A stretch of DNA of 32,000 nt, from contig NZ_WUUQ01000002.1 of the NCBI RefSeq assembly GCF_009831105.1, forward strand, positions 1-32,000. Reading direction: 5' to 3'. The position numbers and the translations under genes are program-made. The first letter of the stretch is position 1. The number at the start of each line of letters is the position of its first letter. This DNA comes from Copranaerobaculum intestinale. GTDB taxonomy: Bacteria; Bacillota_I; Bacilli_A; Erysipelotrichales; Erysipelotrichaceae. The notes beneath the pieces were generated by a model that saw only the letters and a list, made by a program, of their open reading frames with translations, ran no database searches and was not told the DNA's origin. Shown here one piece after another: positions 24,122 through 32,000 of this stretch.

Positions 24122-25527
24122 TGGAAAACAATAAAGACATGTTAATCAGTATCAATAATCTGAAAAAATATTTCCCATTAAAAAAGTCAAGCTTTTTACA
24201 GAAAGAAAAATTGTATGTAAAGGCAAATGATGGTATTACGATCAATATTCACCGCGGTGAAACATTCGGTTTGGTTGGTGAATCGGGATGCGGTAAATCC
24301 ACCATGGGACGTGTCCTGCTTCAGCTGTATCCGCAAACGCAGGGTAATACGGTGTATTACGGCCGTACGATCTATGAATATAAGCCTGCTTATGTTGCGA
24401 AATTTCTGAAAAATCTGCCATCTCATGTATCGAAGCTAAAAAGCCTGCAGGAGAAGGCATCGAAAATTACGGAAACAGAAGATGTTCATAATTTTGCGGC
24501 AGATGATGCCGATCGCGTTTATCACCAACTGGCACATTTAGCCGGTGGTCTGATTTACAGTAAGGATCTGTCCAAAGCAGGACAACTGCTGTATGAGGAG
24601 TACCAGGCTGGCTGCAAAGTAGTGGAAGCCGCAGCCAATATGGAAACTGACAGTGCGGCAAAAGCTGCTTATGAACAAGCTGTTGAAAAGCAGGAGGAGC
24701 TGCGCCGCCAGCTTGATAAGCTGCGTTCTGACTGTGAACAGAATGAAGCTTTCCTGAAAGCTGAAAAGCTATGGGATCATGGAATTGATCTAGGGCTATT
24801 GAGTAAAGAAGAACTGCGTATCCTTCGCCAAGATATTCAGATTATCTTCCAGGATCCGTATTCTTCTTTGAATCCTCGTCTTACGGTTGGCCAGTTGATT
24901 TCCGAACCGCTGGTTGGCCACAAAAAATTTAAAAAAGGTTCTCAGGAGCTGGAGGATTATGTGATTGAAATTATGGAGAAGTGCGGTCTTGACCGATACT
25001 TTATTCATCGTTATCCTCACCAGTTCTCAGGCGGACAGCGTCAGCGTATCGGAATTGCCCGCGCGTTGGCTCTGAATCCGAAATTCATCGTTTGTGATGA
25101 AGCAGTATCTGCCCTGGACGTGTCCATCCAGTCGCAGATTCTGAATCTGCTTCAGGATCTGAAACAAAAAGAGAATCTTACGTACCTGTTTATCTCACAT
25201 GACTTGAGTGTGGTAAAATATATCTCTGATCGAATAGGGGTCATGTATCTTGGAAATATGGTGGAATCTGCACCATCAGAAAGAATTTTTGAAAATCCAC
25301 TGCATCCATATACTGAGGCATTATTAAATGCTATCCCTACCACCGATGTTCATAATAAAGAACTGCAGATTTTGGAAGGAGATATTCCAAGCCCTGTCAA
25401 CCCTCCAAAGGGCTGTAAATTCCACACGAGATGTAAATTTGCATTTGATAAGTGTAAGGAGTGCACACCGGATTGGGTTGAAGTAGAACCGAATCATTTC
25501 GTTGCCTGTCATTTGAGGACCAAATAG
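24121..25527 (+). CDS. oppF: Opp/Dpp-type ABC transporter ATP-binding protein (OppF-like) with a roughly 140-aa insertion
   Basis: Walker A GESGCGKST (residues 53-61), but the Q-loop region IIFQDP appears only at 241-246. Signature FSGGQRQR, Walker B FIVCDEAVSALD, and C-terminal HPYTEALL...PKGCKFHTRC. 468 aa, whereas OppF is typically about 320-340 aa. Confidence 0.9.
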   Translation: MENNKDMLISINNLKKYFPLKKSSFLQKEKLYVKANDGITINIHRGETFGLVGESGCGKSTMGRVLLQLYPQTQGNTVYYGRTIYEYKPAYVAKFLKNLPSHVSKLKSLQEKASKITETEDVHNFAADDADRVYHQLAHLAGGLIYSKDLSKAGQLLYEEYQAGCKVVEAAANMETDSAAKAAYEQAVEKQEELRRQLDKLRSDCEQNEAFLKAEKLWDHGIDLGLLSKEELRILRQDIQIIFQDPYSSLNPRLTVGQLISEPLVGHKKFKKGSQELEDYVIEIMEKCGLDRYFIHRYPHQFSGGQRQRIGIARALALNPKFIVCDEAVSALDVSIQSQILNLLQDLKQKENLTYLFISHDLSVVKYISDRIGVMYLGNMVESAPSERIFENPLHPYTEALLNAIPTTDVHNKELQILEGDIPSPVNPPKGCKFHTRCKFAFDKCKECTPDWVEVEPNHFVACHLRTK

Positions 25528-25530
25528 GCT

Positions 25531-25728
25531 ATGCGCAAAAGTTTAAAAGAGAAAATAGATGCACGGATGAAAACAGATGAAGAGCTTCAAAAAAAATTTG
25601 ACGATGTCGAGTTTGAAAAGCACGATGGTCTGGCAATGTTCATTGCAGCGATGATTACCTTCGTTCCAATCATTTTGGCGATTTTGCTGGTAATCTGGCT
25701 GCTGTTGTGGTTTGTTTTCTTACGTTAG
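25531..25728 (+). CDS. 65-aa protein with a charged N-terminus and a C-terminal TM segment, last cistron of the opp operon
   Basis: The ATG lies 4 nt after the oppF stop. Hydrophobic stretch LAMFIAAMITFVPIILAILLVIWLLLWFVFL. The operon terminator follows immediately. Confidence 0.5.
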   Translation: MRKSLKEKIDARMKTDEELQKKFDDVEFEKHDGLAMFIAAMITFVPIILAILLVIWLLLWFVFLR

Positions 25729-25755
25729 AGAGTGATAATTCACTCTCTTTTTTTA
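25727..25755 (+). terminator. Rho-independent terminator of the opp operon
   Basis: AGAGAGTG (25727-25734) / CACTCTCT (25741-25748), followed by T7. Confidence 0.8.
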
Positions 25756-25804
25756 GGTTTTATAATGAAGCTTGCGTATATGTAAGCAAAACGGGGGGAG
25801 AAGC

Positions 25805-26128
25805 ATGCTTACACGGAACTTAAATGAAAAAGACCGCCATCAGCTCATGCTTTATCTGGGACGGATGTATCGGAGCAGTGCCTTAAAAAATAAGCGTCAC
25901 AGCATGTACGAGATTCATGAGGATACGGCACAGTATATCAATCTGGAAGTCGCCTATGAATTCGATCAGATATTGAGTGGCATGGAACCATTTGAACAGG
26001 AGATTTTAAGGAATGACTATCTGCTTCCTAAAGCCGCCGGATGGTGGAAAAACAAGTATGCAAAAGCAGCGTATCTACAGCATAAAAGGTCCGCAATTAC
26101 TACATTTCTGGATTGCTTATACACCTGA
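25805..26128 (+). CDS. Hypothetical 107-aa protein; the C-terminus resembles a sigma-70 region 4 / ArpU-like HTH (weak)
   Basis: RBS GGGGGGAG precedes ATG 25805, and a TATAAT sits at 25761-25766. The C-terminal pattern EQEILRNDYLL...WWKNKYAKAAYLQHKRSAITTFLDCL looks like small HTH regulators. This is a by-eye impression only. Confidence 0.55.
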   Translation: MLTRNLNEKDRHQLMLYLGRMYRSSALKNKRHSMYEIHEDTAQYINLEVAYEFDQILSGMEPFEQEILRNDYLLPKAAGWWKNKYAKAAYLQHKRSAITTFLDCLYT

Positions 26129-26141
26129 AAAATGATATGAT
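26113..26141 (+). promoter_or_regulatory. Candidate ptsI promoter
   Basis: -35 TTGCTT (26113-26118), 17-nt spacer, -10 TATGAT (26136-26141). It would give a leader of about 115 nt. Confidence 0.45.
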
Positions 26142-26263
26142 AACATATAGTGATAAGGGCATTTCTATCAGAGGTACAGAAGGTCACAAATAGCTTTCCC
26201 GTACGATACCTGTGATAGACAACTCTTATCGTCTACGTAAGAAGGATACGAGGAGGACTTATT

Positions 26264-27967
26264 ATGTTGAAAGGTATTGCGGCTTCATCCGGCGTAGCGA
26301 TTGCCAAGGTCTATAAACTGGAACAGCCTGAAATCGTGATTGAAAAGAAAAGTGCTTCTGCAGATGCAGAAATTGAGAAACTGCAAGCAGCTCTGGAGCA
26401 GACAAAAAAAGACATTGAAGGAATCAAGGAGCGTGCAGCCGGTAAATTGGCTGAAGAAGAACTGGCAGTGTTCGACGCGCATTTGATGATGGCATCCGAT
26501 CCGGAGCTGTATTCACAAATGGAAGCGATGATCAAAAATGATCAGGTAAACGCAGAATACGCGGCAAATGAAGTTGCGAATATGATGATCGGTATGTTTG
26601 AATCGATGGATAATGATTATATGCGTGAAAGAGCGGCTGATGTAAAGGATGTTACAGCTCGTTTGATCGCACATCTCTTAGGATTACATATTCCTGATTT
26701 AACGGCAATTGATGAAAGTGTTATTGTTGTTGCCCACGACCTGACGCCTTCTGATACAGCTCAGTTAAACAAAGCTTATACAAAGGGATTTGCTACTGCA
26801 ATAGGTGGTAGAACCTCTCATTCGGCGATTATGGCCCGTTCTTTGGAAATTCCTGCGGTTGTAGGATGTGCTGAAGTAATGGAAACTGCCAAACACGGCG
26901 ATATGATGATTCTGGATGCAGTAGAGGGTGAAGTCATTCTGAATCCGGATCCGGAAACGATCAAGAAATATGAAAAGAAAATGGAAGAAGTAGCCGCAGA
27001 AAAAGAAGCGTTGAAAGTTCTGAAGGATGCTAAATCTATTTCTAAAGACGGACATCAGGTAGAGCTAGCCGGTAATATCGGAACACCGAACGATGTAGAG
27101 GGTGTCCTGAATAATGGCGGTGAGGGTGTTGGCCTGTACCGTACCGAATTCCTGTACATGAATTCCGATCATTTCCCAACAGAGGATGAACAGTTTGAAG
27201 CATATAAAACCGTTTTGGAAAATATGAATGGCCGTAAGGTGGTAGTACGTACGCTTGATATCGGCGGCGATAAAACTCTGCCTTATTTCACATTCCCTGA
27301 AGAAATGAATCCGTTCCTAGGCTATCGTGCGATTCGACTGTGCTTGGATCGTACAGATATCTTCCGTACCCAGCTGCGCGCTCTGATTCGTGCTAGTGTT
27401 TACGGACATCTCTGCATCATGTTCCCTATGATTGCCACTGTGAAAGAGTTCCGTGATGCCAAAGCAATCTATAATGAAGAAAAAGCAAACCTGATCAAAG
27501 AAGGAGTATCCGTAGCGGATAATATTGAAGTTGGTATGATGGTTGAAATTCCAGCTGCTGCTGTCAATGCGGATAACTTTGCGAAAGAAGCAGATTTCTT
27601 CAGTATCGGTACCAATGATTTGATTCAGTATACAATGGCCGCTGACCGCATGAGCGAGCATGTATCTTATCTGTATCAGCCATATAACCCCTCTGTACTT
27701 CGTTTAATCAAAATGACGATTGACGGTGCTCATAAGGAAGGCAAATGGGCTGGTATGTGCGGTGAAATGGCTGGTGAACCATATGCAGCCGCAATTCTGC
27801 TGGGACTGGGCTTGGATGAATTCTCTATGTCAGCGACTTCCATTCTAAAAGCCCGCCGTATGATTAATTCATTAAACAAGAAAGAAATGGAAGCTGTTGC
27901 AGAGAAAGCCTTAAGCTTTGCGACCGCGGAGGAAGTTCTGGATTATATTAAGAAAATTGTTGATTAA
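26264..27967 (+). CDS. ptsI: Phosphoenolpyruvate-protein phosphotransferase (PTS Enzyme I)
   Basis: Active-site region [21 protein letters not shown], plus [31 protein letters not shown] and MCGEMAG. Confidence 0.95.
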   Translation: MLKGIAASSGVAIAKVYKLEQPEIVIEKKSASADAEIEKLQAALEQTKKDIEGIKERAAGKLAEEELAVFDAHLMMASDPELYSQMEAMIKNDQVNAEYAANEVANMMIGMFESMDNDYMRERAADVKDVTARLIAHLLGLHIPDLTAIDESVIVVAHDLTPSDTAQLNKAYTKGFATAIGGRTSHSAIMARSLEIPAVVGCAEVMETAKHGDMMILDAVEGEVILNPDPETIKKYEKKMEEVAAEKEALKVLKDAKSISKDGHQVELAGNIGTPNDVEGVLNNGGEGVGLYRTEFLYMNSDHFPTEDEQFEAYKTVLENMNGRKVVVRTLDIGGDKTLPYFTFPEEMNPFLGYRAIRLCLDRTDIFRTQLRALIRASVYGHLCIMFPMIATVKEFRDAKAIYNEEKANLIKEGVSVADNIEVGMMVEIPAAAVNADNFAKEADFFSIGTNDLIQYTMAADRMSEHVSYLYQPYNPSVLRLIKMTIDGAHKEGKWAGMCGEMAGEPYAAAILLGLGLDEFSMSATSILKARRMINSLNKKEMEAVAEKALSFATAEEVLDYIKKIVD

Positions 27968-27973
27968 AAATTC

Positions 27974-28001
27974 AAAAACGGCTGAATACGGCCGTTTTTT
28001 T
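27974..28001 (+). terminator. Rho-independent terminator after ptsI
   Basis: AAAAACGGC-TGAATACG-GCCGTTTTTTT. Confidence 0.75.
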
Positions 28002-28098
28002 GTATCAATCTGTGCTTGATTAAACATGAATAAGCAAAGCATCGTTAACTTGAAATAGGTTGCAAACTACCGGGAGTAAATAAAAGACCGAAAGCTCG

Positions 28099-28129
28099 TT
28101 GACATTTCCCTTAGGGCAAGGTGTAAGAT
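28099..28129 (+). promoter_or_regulatory. MerR-type promoter with a 19-bp spacer containing a dyad operator
   Basis: -35 TTGACA (28099-28104), 19-nt spacer, -10 TAAGAT (28124-28129). An imperfect 21-bp palindrome ACATTTCCCTTAGGGCAAGGT (28102-28122) is centred on CCCT-T-AGGG. Confidence 0.6.
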
Positions 28130-28167
28130 AGATACAGCTGCAGTCAAGCATGGAGAGGAGTATGGAC

Positions 28168-29013
28168 ATGCTTTCCATAGGAGAATTTTCAAATATCTGT
28201 AAAGTTTCCACGAAAACATTACGCTATTATGCCGAGATTGGCTTGATTCTTCCCAAAGAGATCAATCCGGATAACGGATACCGCTATTATTCAAGCCGAC
28301 AGTTGGAAACCATGTTGATGATTAATCGCTTGAAATCATATAACTTCTCACTGGAAGAAATTAAAGCAATTTTAAACAATGAGGATATGCAGGAAGAAAT
28401 GCTATATCGCGCTCTTTGTGACAAGGAAAAAAAGCTTGAACAAAAAATTCAGTCTGATTTGATGATCAGAAAGCAGATACTCGAGGATATAGATGTCTTA
28501 AAACATGGTAAACCGATTATGTCCTATCTGGACGATATCAATGTCAAGCTGACAGAAGTAATGCCGATGAATATCTTATCAATTCGTCGAATGGTCCATG
28601 CGTCTGAATATTCCGATGCGTATTCTGAATGCTTTGGCAGATTATTTCATTGTATTCAAGTTCAGCATCTGACGATGTGCAATTCACCAATGGTGTTATT
28701 TCATAATGAAGAATTCAGTAACCAGGGAATGGATACAGAATTTGCCATACCGATTCAAAAACAAGCTTGTGGCACTCGGATATTTCGTCCTGGACTTTGT
28801 TTGAAGACAGTTCTGCACGGCCCTTACTCAGAGCTTGCTTCGATTTATACCAAACAGCGTGAATATGCGGAACAGGAAGGGTACAGCAACCATGGTCCCC
28901 TATTTGAAGTATATTTGAATGATCCTAGTCAGGTGGAGGATGAGCAGGACTATATAACCGAGGTCTATTATCCGGTTTCAAAGAAAAAAAGAGACAGAGC
29001 ACACAGCATATAA
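28168..29013 (+). CDS. MerR-family transcriptional regulator with a C-terminal GyrI-like effector-binding domain (BmrR-like)
   Basis: N-terminal HTH LSIGEFSNICKVSTKTLRYYAEIGLI.P......GYRYY, then a coiled-coil linker. The C-terminal region of about 150 aa ends ...FEVYLNDP......YITEVYYPV, which is typical of GyrI-like domains. RBS GGAGAGGAG precedes ATG 28168. Confidence 0.85.
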   Translation: MLSIGEFSNICKVSTKTLRYYAEIGLILPKEINPDNGYRYYSSRQLETMLMINRLKSYNFSLEEIKAILNNEDMQEEMLYRALCDKEKKLEQKIQSDLMIRKQILEDIDVLKHGKPIMSYLDDINVKLTEVMPMNILSIRRMVHASEYSDAYSECFGRLFHCIQVQHLTMCNSPMVLFHNEEFSNQGMDTEFAIPIQKQACGTRIFRPGLCLKTVLHGPYSELASIYTKQREYAEQEGYSNHGPLFEVYLNDPSQVEDEQDYITEVYYPVSKKKRDRAHSI

Positions 29014-29060
29014 TCCCTCGTCATAAGGGAATATATCTGAATAAGGAGGGAGCATGAATT

Positions 29061-30050
29061 ATGGAGGATCAAGCATTAATCAATCTGGAAACAATGATTT
29101 CTCAAGAATACAGTAACATCGCCGGTATTGTCGTGCGTAAAAATGATCAGCTGATATATGAGAGATATTGGAACGGTTGTACAAAAACAAGTACACTTCA
29201 TATATATTCAGTAACCAAGAGCATCTTGTCAATGTTGATCGGAATTGCTTTTGATAAAGGATATCTGATGGATATTAATCAGCCGGTACTGGATTTCTTT
29301 CCAGAGTATACAGTAAAGAAAAAGGAAAAAACAATTCAGCACGTCACCTTGAGCAATATGTTAACGATGACTGCTCCCTATACATACAAAATTGGACCCT
29401 ACCTCAAATATTTCACCAGTGAGGATTGGGTGACGTTCTCCCTGAACTTACTGGGCGGGAAAAAGGCGATTGGTGAATTCTTTTATGCGCCGCTGATTGG
29501 ATTGGATATATTATCGGGAATTCTGATGAAGGTCACTCATACCAGTGTACGGGAATTTGCGCAGGAGCACTTATTTTCTCCACTCGCCATCACCGTAAAA
29601 AATTCAATATATTTTCAAAGTAAGCAGGAGCAGCTTGCATTCAATAAGGCAAGGGATATCAGTGGCTGGGCAGTTGATCCTAAGGGGGTGAATGCTGCTG
29701 GCTGGGGGCTGACGCTTTCGGCTCGGGATATGGCAAAGCTGGGACAGCTGTATCTCAACGGCGGAATTTGGAACGGGAAACAGATCATTTCAAAAGCATG
29801 GATTGAGGAAAGTACCAAGGAGCATTCCCGATGGGATAAAATGAAGCTTCGATACGGTTATTTATGGTGGCTGGATGTTGGGGAAAAGAATAGCTTTGCG
29901 GCAATGGGGGACGGCGGTAATGTCATTTATGTTCAGCCTGATAAAAAAATCGTGATATCGATAATGGGGTTCTTTAAGCCAAATGCTAAGGACAGCATCG
30001 ATCTGATTGCAACACATATCAGACCGTTGTTTGATGCAATAGAAATATGA
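29061..30050 (+). CDS. Serine hydrolase of the beta-lactamase/transpeptidase-like fold (class C / esterase-like)
   Basis: S-x-x-K motif YSVTKSILSML near the N-terminus, plus YGYLWW and GDGGNVIYV motifs. No signal peptide is seen. RBS GGAGGG lies 10 nt upstream. Confidence 0.85.
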   Translation: MEDQALINLETMISQEYSNIAGIVVRKNDQLIYERYWNGCTKTSTLHIYSVTKSILSMLIGIAFDKGYLMDINQPVLDFFPEYTVKKKEKTIQHVTLSNMLTMTAPYTYKIGPYLKYFTSEDWVTFSLNLLGGKKAIGEFFYAPLIGLDILSGILMKVTHTSVREFAQEHLFSPLAITVKNSIYFQSKQEQLAFNKARDISGWAVDPKGVNAAGWGLTLSARDMAKLGQLYLNGGIWNGKQIISKAWIEESTKEHSRWDKMKLRYGYLWWLDVGEKNSFAAMGDGGNVIYVQPDKKIVISIMGFFKPNAKDSIDLIATHIRPLFDAIEI

Positions 30051-30080
30051 AGTTTATAGCCTTATATGAAAGACAATAGA

Positions 30081-30120
30081 AAAAGTAGAACGTAATCGTT
30101 TGCAGACACGTTCTACTTTT
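30081..30120. terminator. Bidirectional terminator between the convergent hydrolase and pepF genes
   Basis: AAAAGTAGAACG (30081-30092) / CGTTCTACTTTT (30109-30120). The A-run and T-run flanks allow it to function on both strands. Confidence 0.75.
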
Positions 30121-30134
30121 TGGTTATGAAACGT

Positions 30135-31889
30135 TTATTTTGTAAGCTCCAAAAATTCCTGAATACGTGCTTCCGCAGTCTTTAATGCGGATACCCAGAA
30201 GGCTTTATCGGTAACATCGATATCTGCCATTTTCGCAACATCTTCAACACTGGATACGGTGGTCGCATGAAGCAGAGCCCGATATTTCGGTACAAAGCTT
30301 TCACCCTCCTGCTGATATTTCACAATCAATCCACGGGCAAACAGTCCGCCGAATGCATATGGAAAGTTGTAGAAGCTTAAATCACTTCCATAATAATGAC
30401 TCTTGCACACCCACATGTACGGATGCAAATACTCTTGATCAAGGCCATCACCATATGCTTTGCGCTGACATTCAAGCATTAGTTCCTTTAAATCCTTGGC
30501 AAATAGGAAACGATCCTTACTTGCTTCAAATACTGCTGTTTCAAACAGGTAACGGGAATAAATATCACACATGATCTGGGTGAGATCCTGCAGTTGATTC
30601 TCAATCAGGGCAATTTTTTCTTCACCTTCTGCCGCATCGATCGCCGCATTCATAATGATATTTTCGTTAAAGGTTGACGCTGTTTCTGCCACCGGCATAC
30701 TGTAATCCCAATTCAACGGCAAATGGTCTTCAATCTGCTTGCCATGGTAGGCATGACCGAGCTCATGAGCCAGGGTTACCACATCGCCGATCGCGCCGTC
30801 AAAATTGGTCAGAACCCGACTGGCTTTGAGGTAAGGTAAATTACTGCAGAAAGCGCCTCCGACTTTTCCTTTACGCGGGAAGAAGTCAATCCAATCCTCA
30901 TCAAATGCGGTTTCGATCATATCGGCTAAATCCGGGGCAAATCCTTTAAAATGATCAATCAGATAGGCCTTGGCGTCTTCAATCGTAAAGGATTGATGGG
31001 ATGAACCAAGCGGTGCGAACAATTCGAACCAAGGAAGCCCGTTTTTATATCCCAACAGTTCTCCCTTACGTTTTAAATACGCATGGAAAACCGGCATATA
31101 TTCATCCATAGCCGCAAACATCGCATCAAGCGTTTGCCGCTGCATCCGACTTTGATGAAGTGTCATATCAAGTGGAGAATCGTAGCCGCGCAGACTACTG
31201 ATTGTGTTTACTTGGGATTTGATCTCATTTAAAGAAAAACTGATTGCATCATCAATTTTTTCATATGCTTTCAATTCAGCCTCATACGCTTTTTTACGAG
31301 TATCTTTATCTTCACTGTATGCCATGTTTCGAATTTCGGATAGCGTGACTTCTTTTCCTTCGTACTCGGCAGTGACAATACTTGTCAGGTAAGACTGCAT
31401 GTCTCCCCAGGCAGTACCTCCGGACAAATCCATTTTCGTGATTACTTCCTCAACCTCATCACTCAGCAGATATTTGGCATCCGCTTTGGTTTGGATAAGC
31501 ATGTATTGATAAGGCTGCAGTGCCTCATCCTGAGCGATCATGGCTTCCAAATCATCAATATTCGCAATAAAGCGATTTATCATCGCAATGGCTTTTGATG
31601 ATTCACTCAGCTTATGCTGAAAGCGATTCATCTGTGCCGTTGTTTCACTGTCCTGGGTATTTGTACTCTGACTAAGAGAAATAAAAGAGCCCAGTTTTGA
31701 TGACAGAGTTACCATTTCTTCAAGAACCTCAATAATATTTGTCAATGTTGCGTGCTTGTCATTCTCATTCTTCCAGTCCGGAAAAGCATTGATTTTATCT
31801 GTGCATTGATCCAGCTTCTGAAAATCCTGTTCATAAGCTGGGTCATCATATCCCTTATACAGACTGTCTAAAGACCAGCGTTCATTCAT
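30135..31889 (-). CDS. pepF: Oligoendopeptidase F (M3B family metallopeptidase)
   Basis: 584 aa with zinc motif HELGHAYH. The N-terminal MNERWSLDSLY and overall length are typical of PepF. Confidence 0.95.
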   Translation of the reverse strand: MNERWSLDSLYKGYDDPAYEQDFQKLDQCTDKINAFPDWKNENDKHATLTNIIEVLEEMVTLSSKLGSFISLSQSTNTQDSETTAQMNRFQHKLSESSKAIAMINRFIANIDDLEAMIAQDEALQPYQYMLIQTKADAKYLLSDEVEEVITKMDLSGGTAWGDMQSYLTSIVTAEYEGKEVTLSEIRNMAYSEDKDTRKKAYEAELKAYEKIDDAISFSLNEIKSQVNTISSLRGYDSPLDMTLHQSRMQRQTLDAMFAAMDEYMPVFHAYLKRKGELLGYKNGLPWFELFAPLGSSHQSFTIEDAKAYLIDHFKGFAPDLADMIETAFDEDWIDFFPRKGKVGGAFCSNLPYLKASRVLTNFDGAIGDVVTLAHELGHAYHGKQIEDHLPLNWDYSMPVAETASTFNENIIMNAAIDAAEGEEKIALIENQLQDLTQIMCDIYSRYLFETAVFEASKDRFLFAKDLKELMLECQRKAYGDGLDQEYLHPYMWVCKSHYYGSDLSFYNFPYAFGGLFARGLIVKYQQEGESFVPKYRALLHATTVSSVEDVAKMADIDVTDKAFWVSALKTAEARIQEFLELTK

Positions 31890-31920
31890 AGTATCCCTTC
31901 TTTCTTATTCACATGCTATT

Positions 31921-31929
31921 ATTATACCA
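31921..31929 (-). promoter_or_regulatory. Extended -10 promoter element for pepF
   Basis: The reverse complement reads TGGTATAAT, about 32 nt upstream of the pepF ATG. Confidence 0.45.
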
Positions 31930-32000
31930 TAATTCAAAGATTTCATGAGTACGAAAGAAGTGCTTAGCGCAAGGATCGGCGGGAGCGGGAGTATACGATA

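Noticed and set aside
22069-24245. Minus-strand ORFs 22069..22485, 22431..22847 and 23814..24245 (138-143 aa each).
   Set aside because: They are antisense to oppC and oppD/oppF, whose + strand products carry canonical ABC motifs. I treat them as spurious.
29054-29116. A short ORF starting at ATG 29054 (MNYGGSSINQSGNNDFSRIQ*) ahead of the hydrolase gene.
   Set aside because: It starts only 3 nt after the RBS and is out of frame with the S-x-x-K hydrolase. That gene starts at 29061 with proper spacing.
1-32000. A search for CRISPR arrays, tRNA/rRNA genes, IS elements, integrases, prophage genes, toxin-antitoxin pairs and known defence-system signatures.
   Set aside because: I noticed no direct-repeat/spacer arrays, cloverleaf-like segments, transposase/recombinase motifs or defence-type domains. 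Apart from the opp embellishments, the window reads as core chromosome.

Overview
This window looks like a chromosomal, mostly housekeeping stretch from a low-GC Gram-positive bacterium. The gene content (FemAB, an orphan SpoVAF/GerA-type protein, Rex, a T-box, PPi-PFK and a heavily embellished Opp transporter) suggests a spore-forming Bacillota, possibly Erysipelotrichia-like; that placement is inference. I support about 28 CDS, all on the + strand except pepF. In order they are: two tandem FemAB-family genes (the first frameshifted), tsaE-tsaB-rimI-tsaD, rex, an Asn T-box leader driving a methyltransferase-asnS bicistron, and a small membrane protein. Next comes a LicD / amidase_3-like / ABC-F / OYE gene string, an orphan GerA-family (SpoVAF-like) gene with a small membrane-protein gene, and a PPi-type phosphofructokinase. 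A six-gene Opp/Dpp-type ABC operon follows, then a small hypothetical gene, ptsI without ptsH, a MerR/GyrI regulator with a beta-lactamase-fold hydrolase, and pepF. I found no rRNA, tRNA, CRISPR array, transposase/integrase or recognisable defence or toxin system. The most unusual feature is the opp operon. Its OppC permease carries a roughly 280-aa, seven-repeat RCC1-like beta-propeller in the first extracytoplasmic loop. Its OppF ATPase carries a roughly 140-aa helical insert, its OppA is oversized, and a 65-aa membrane protein is appended. All domain calls were made by eye from motifs; no searches were run.
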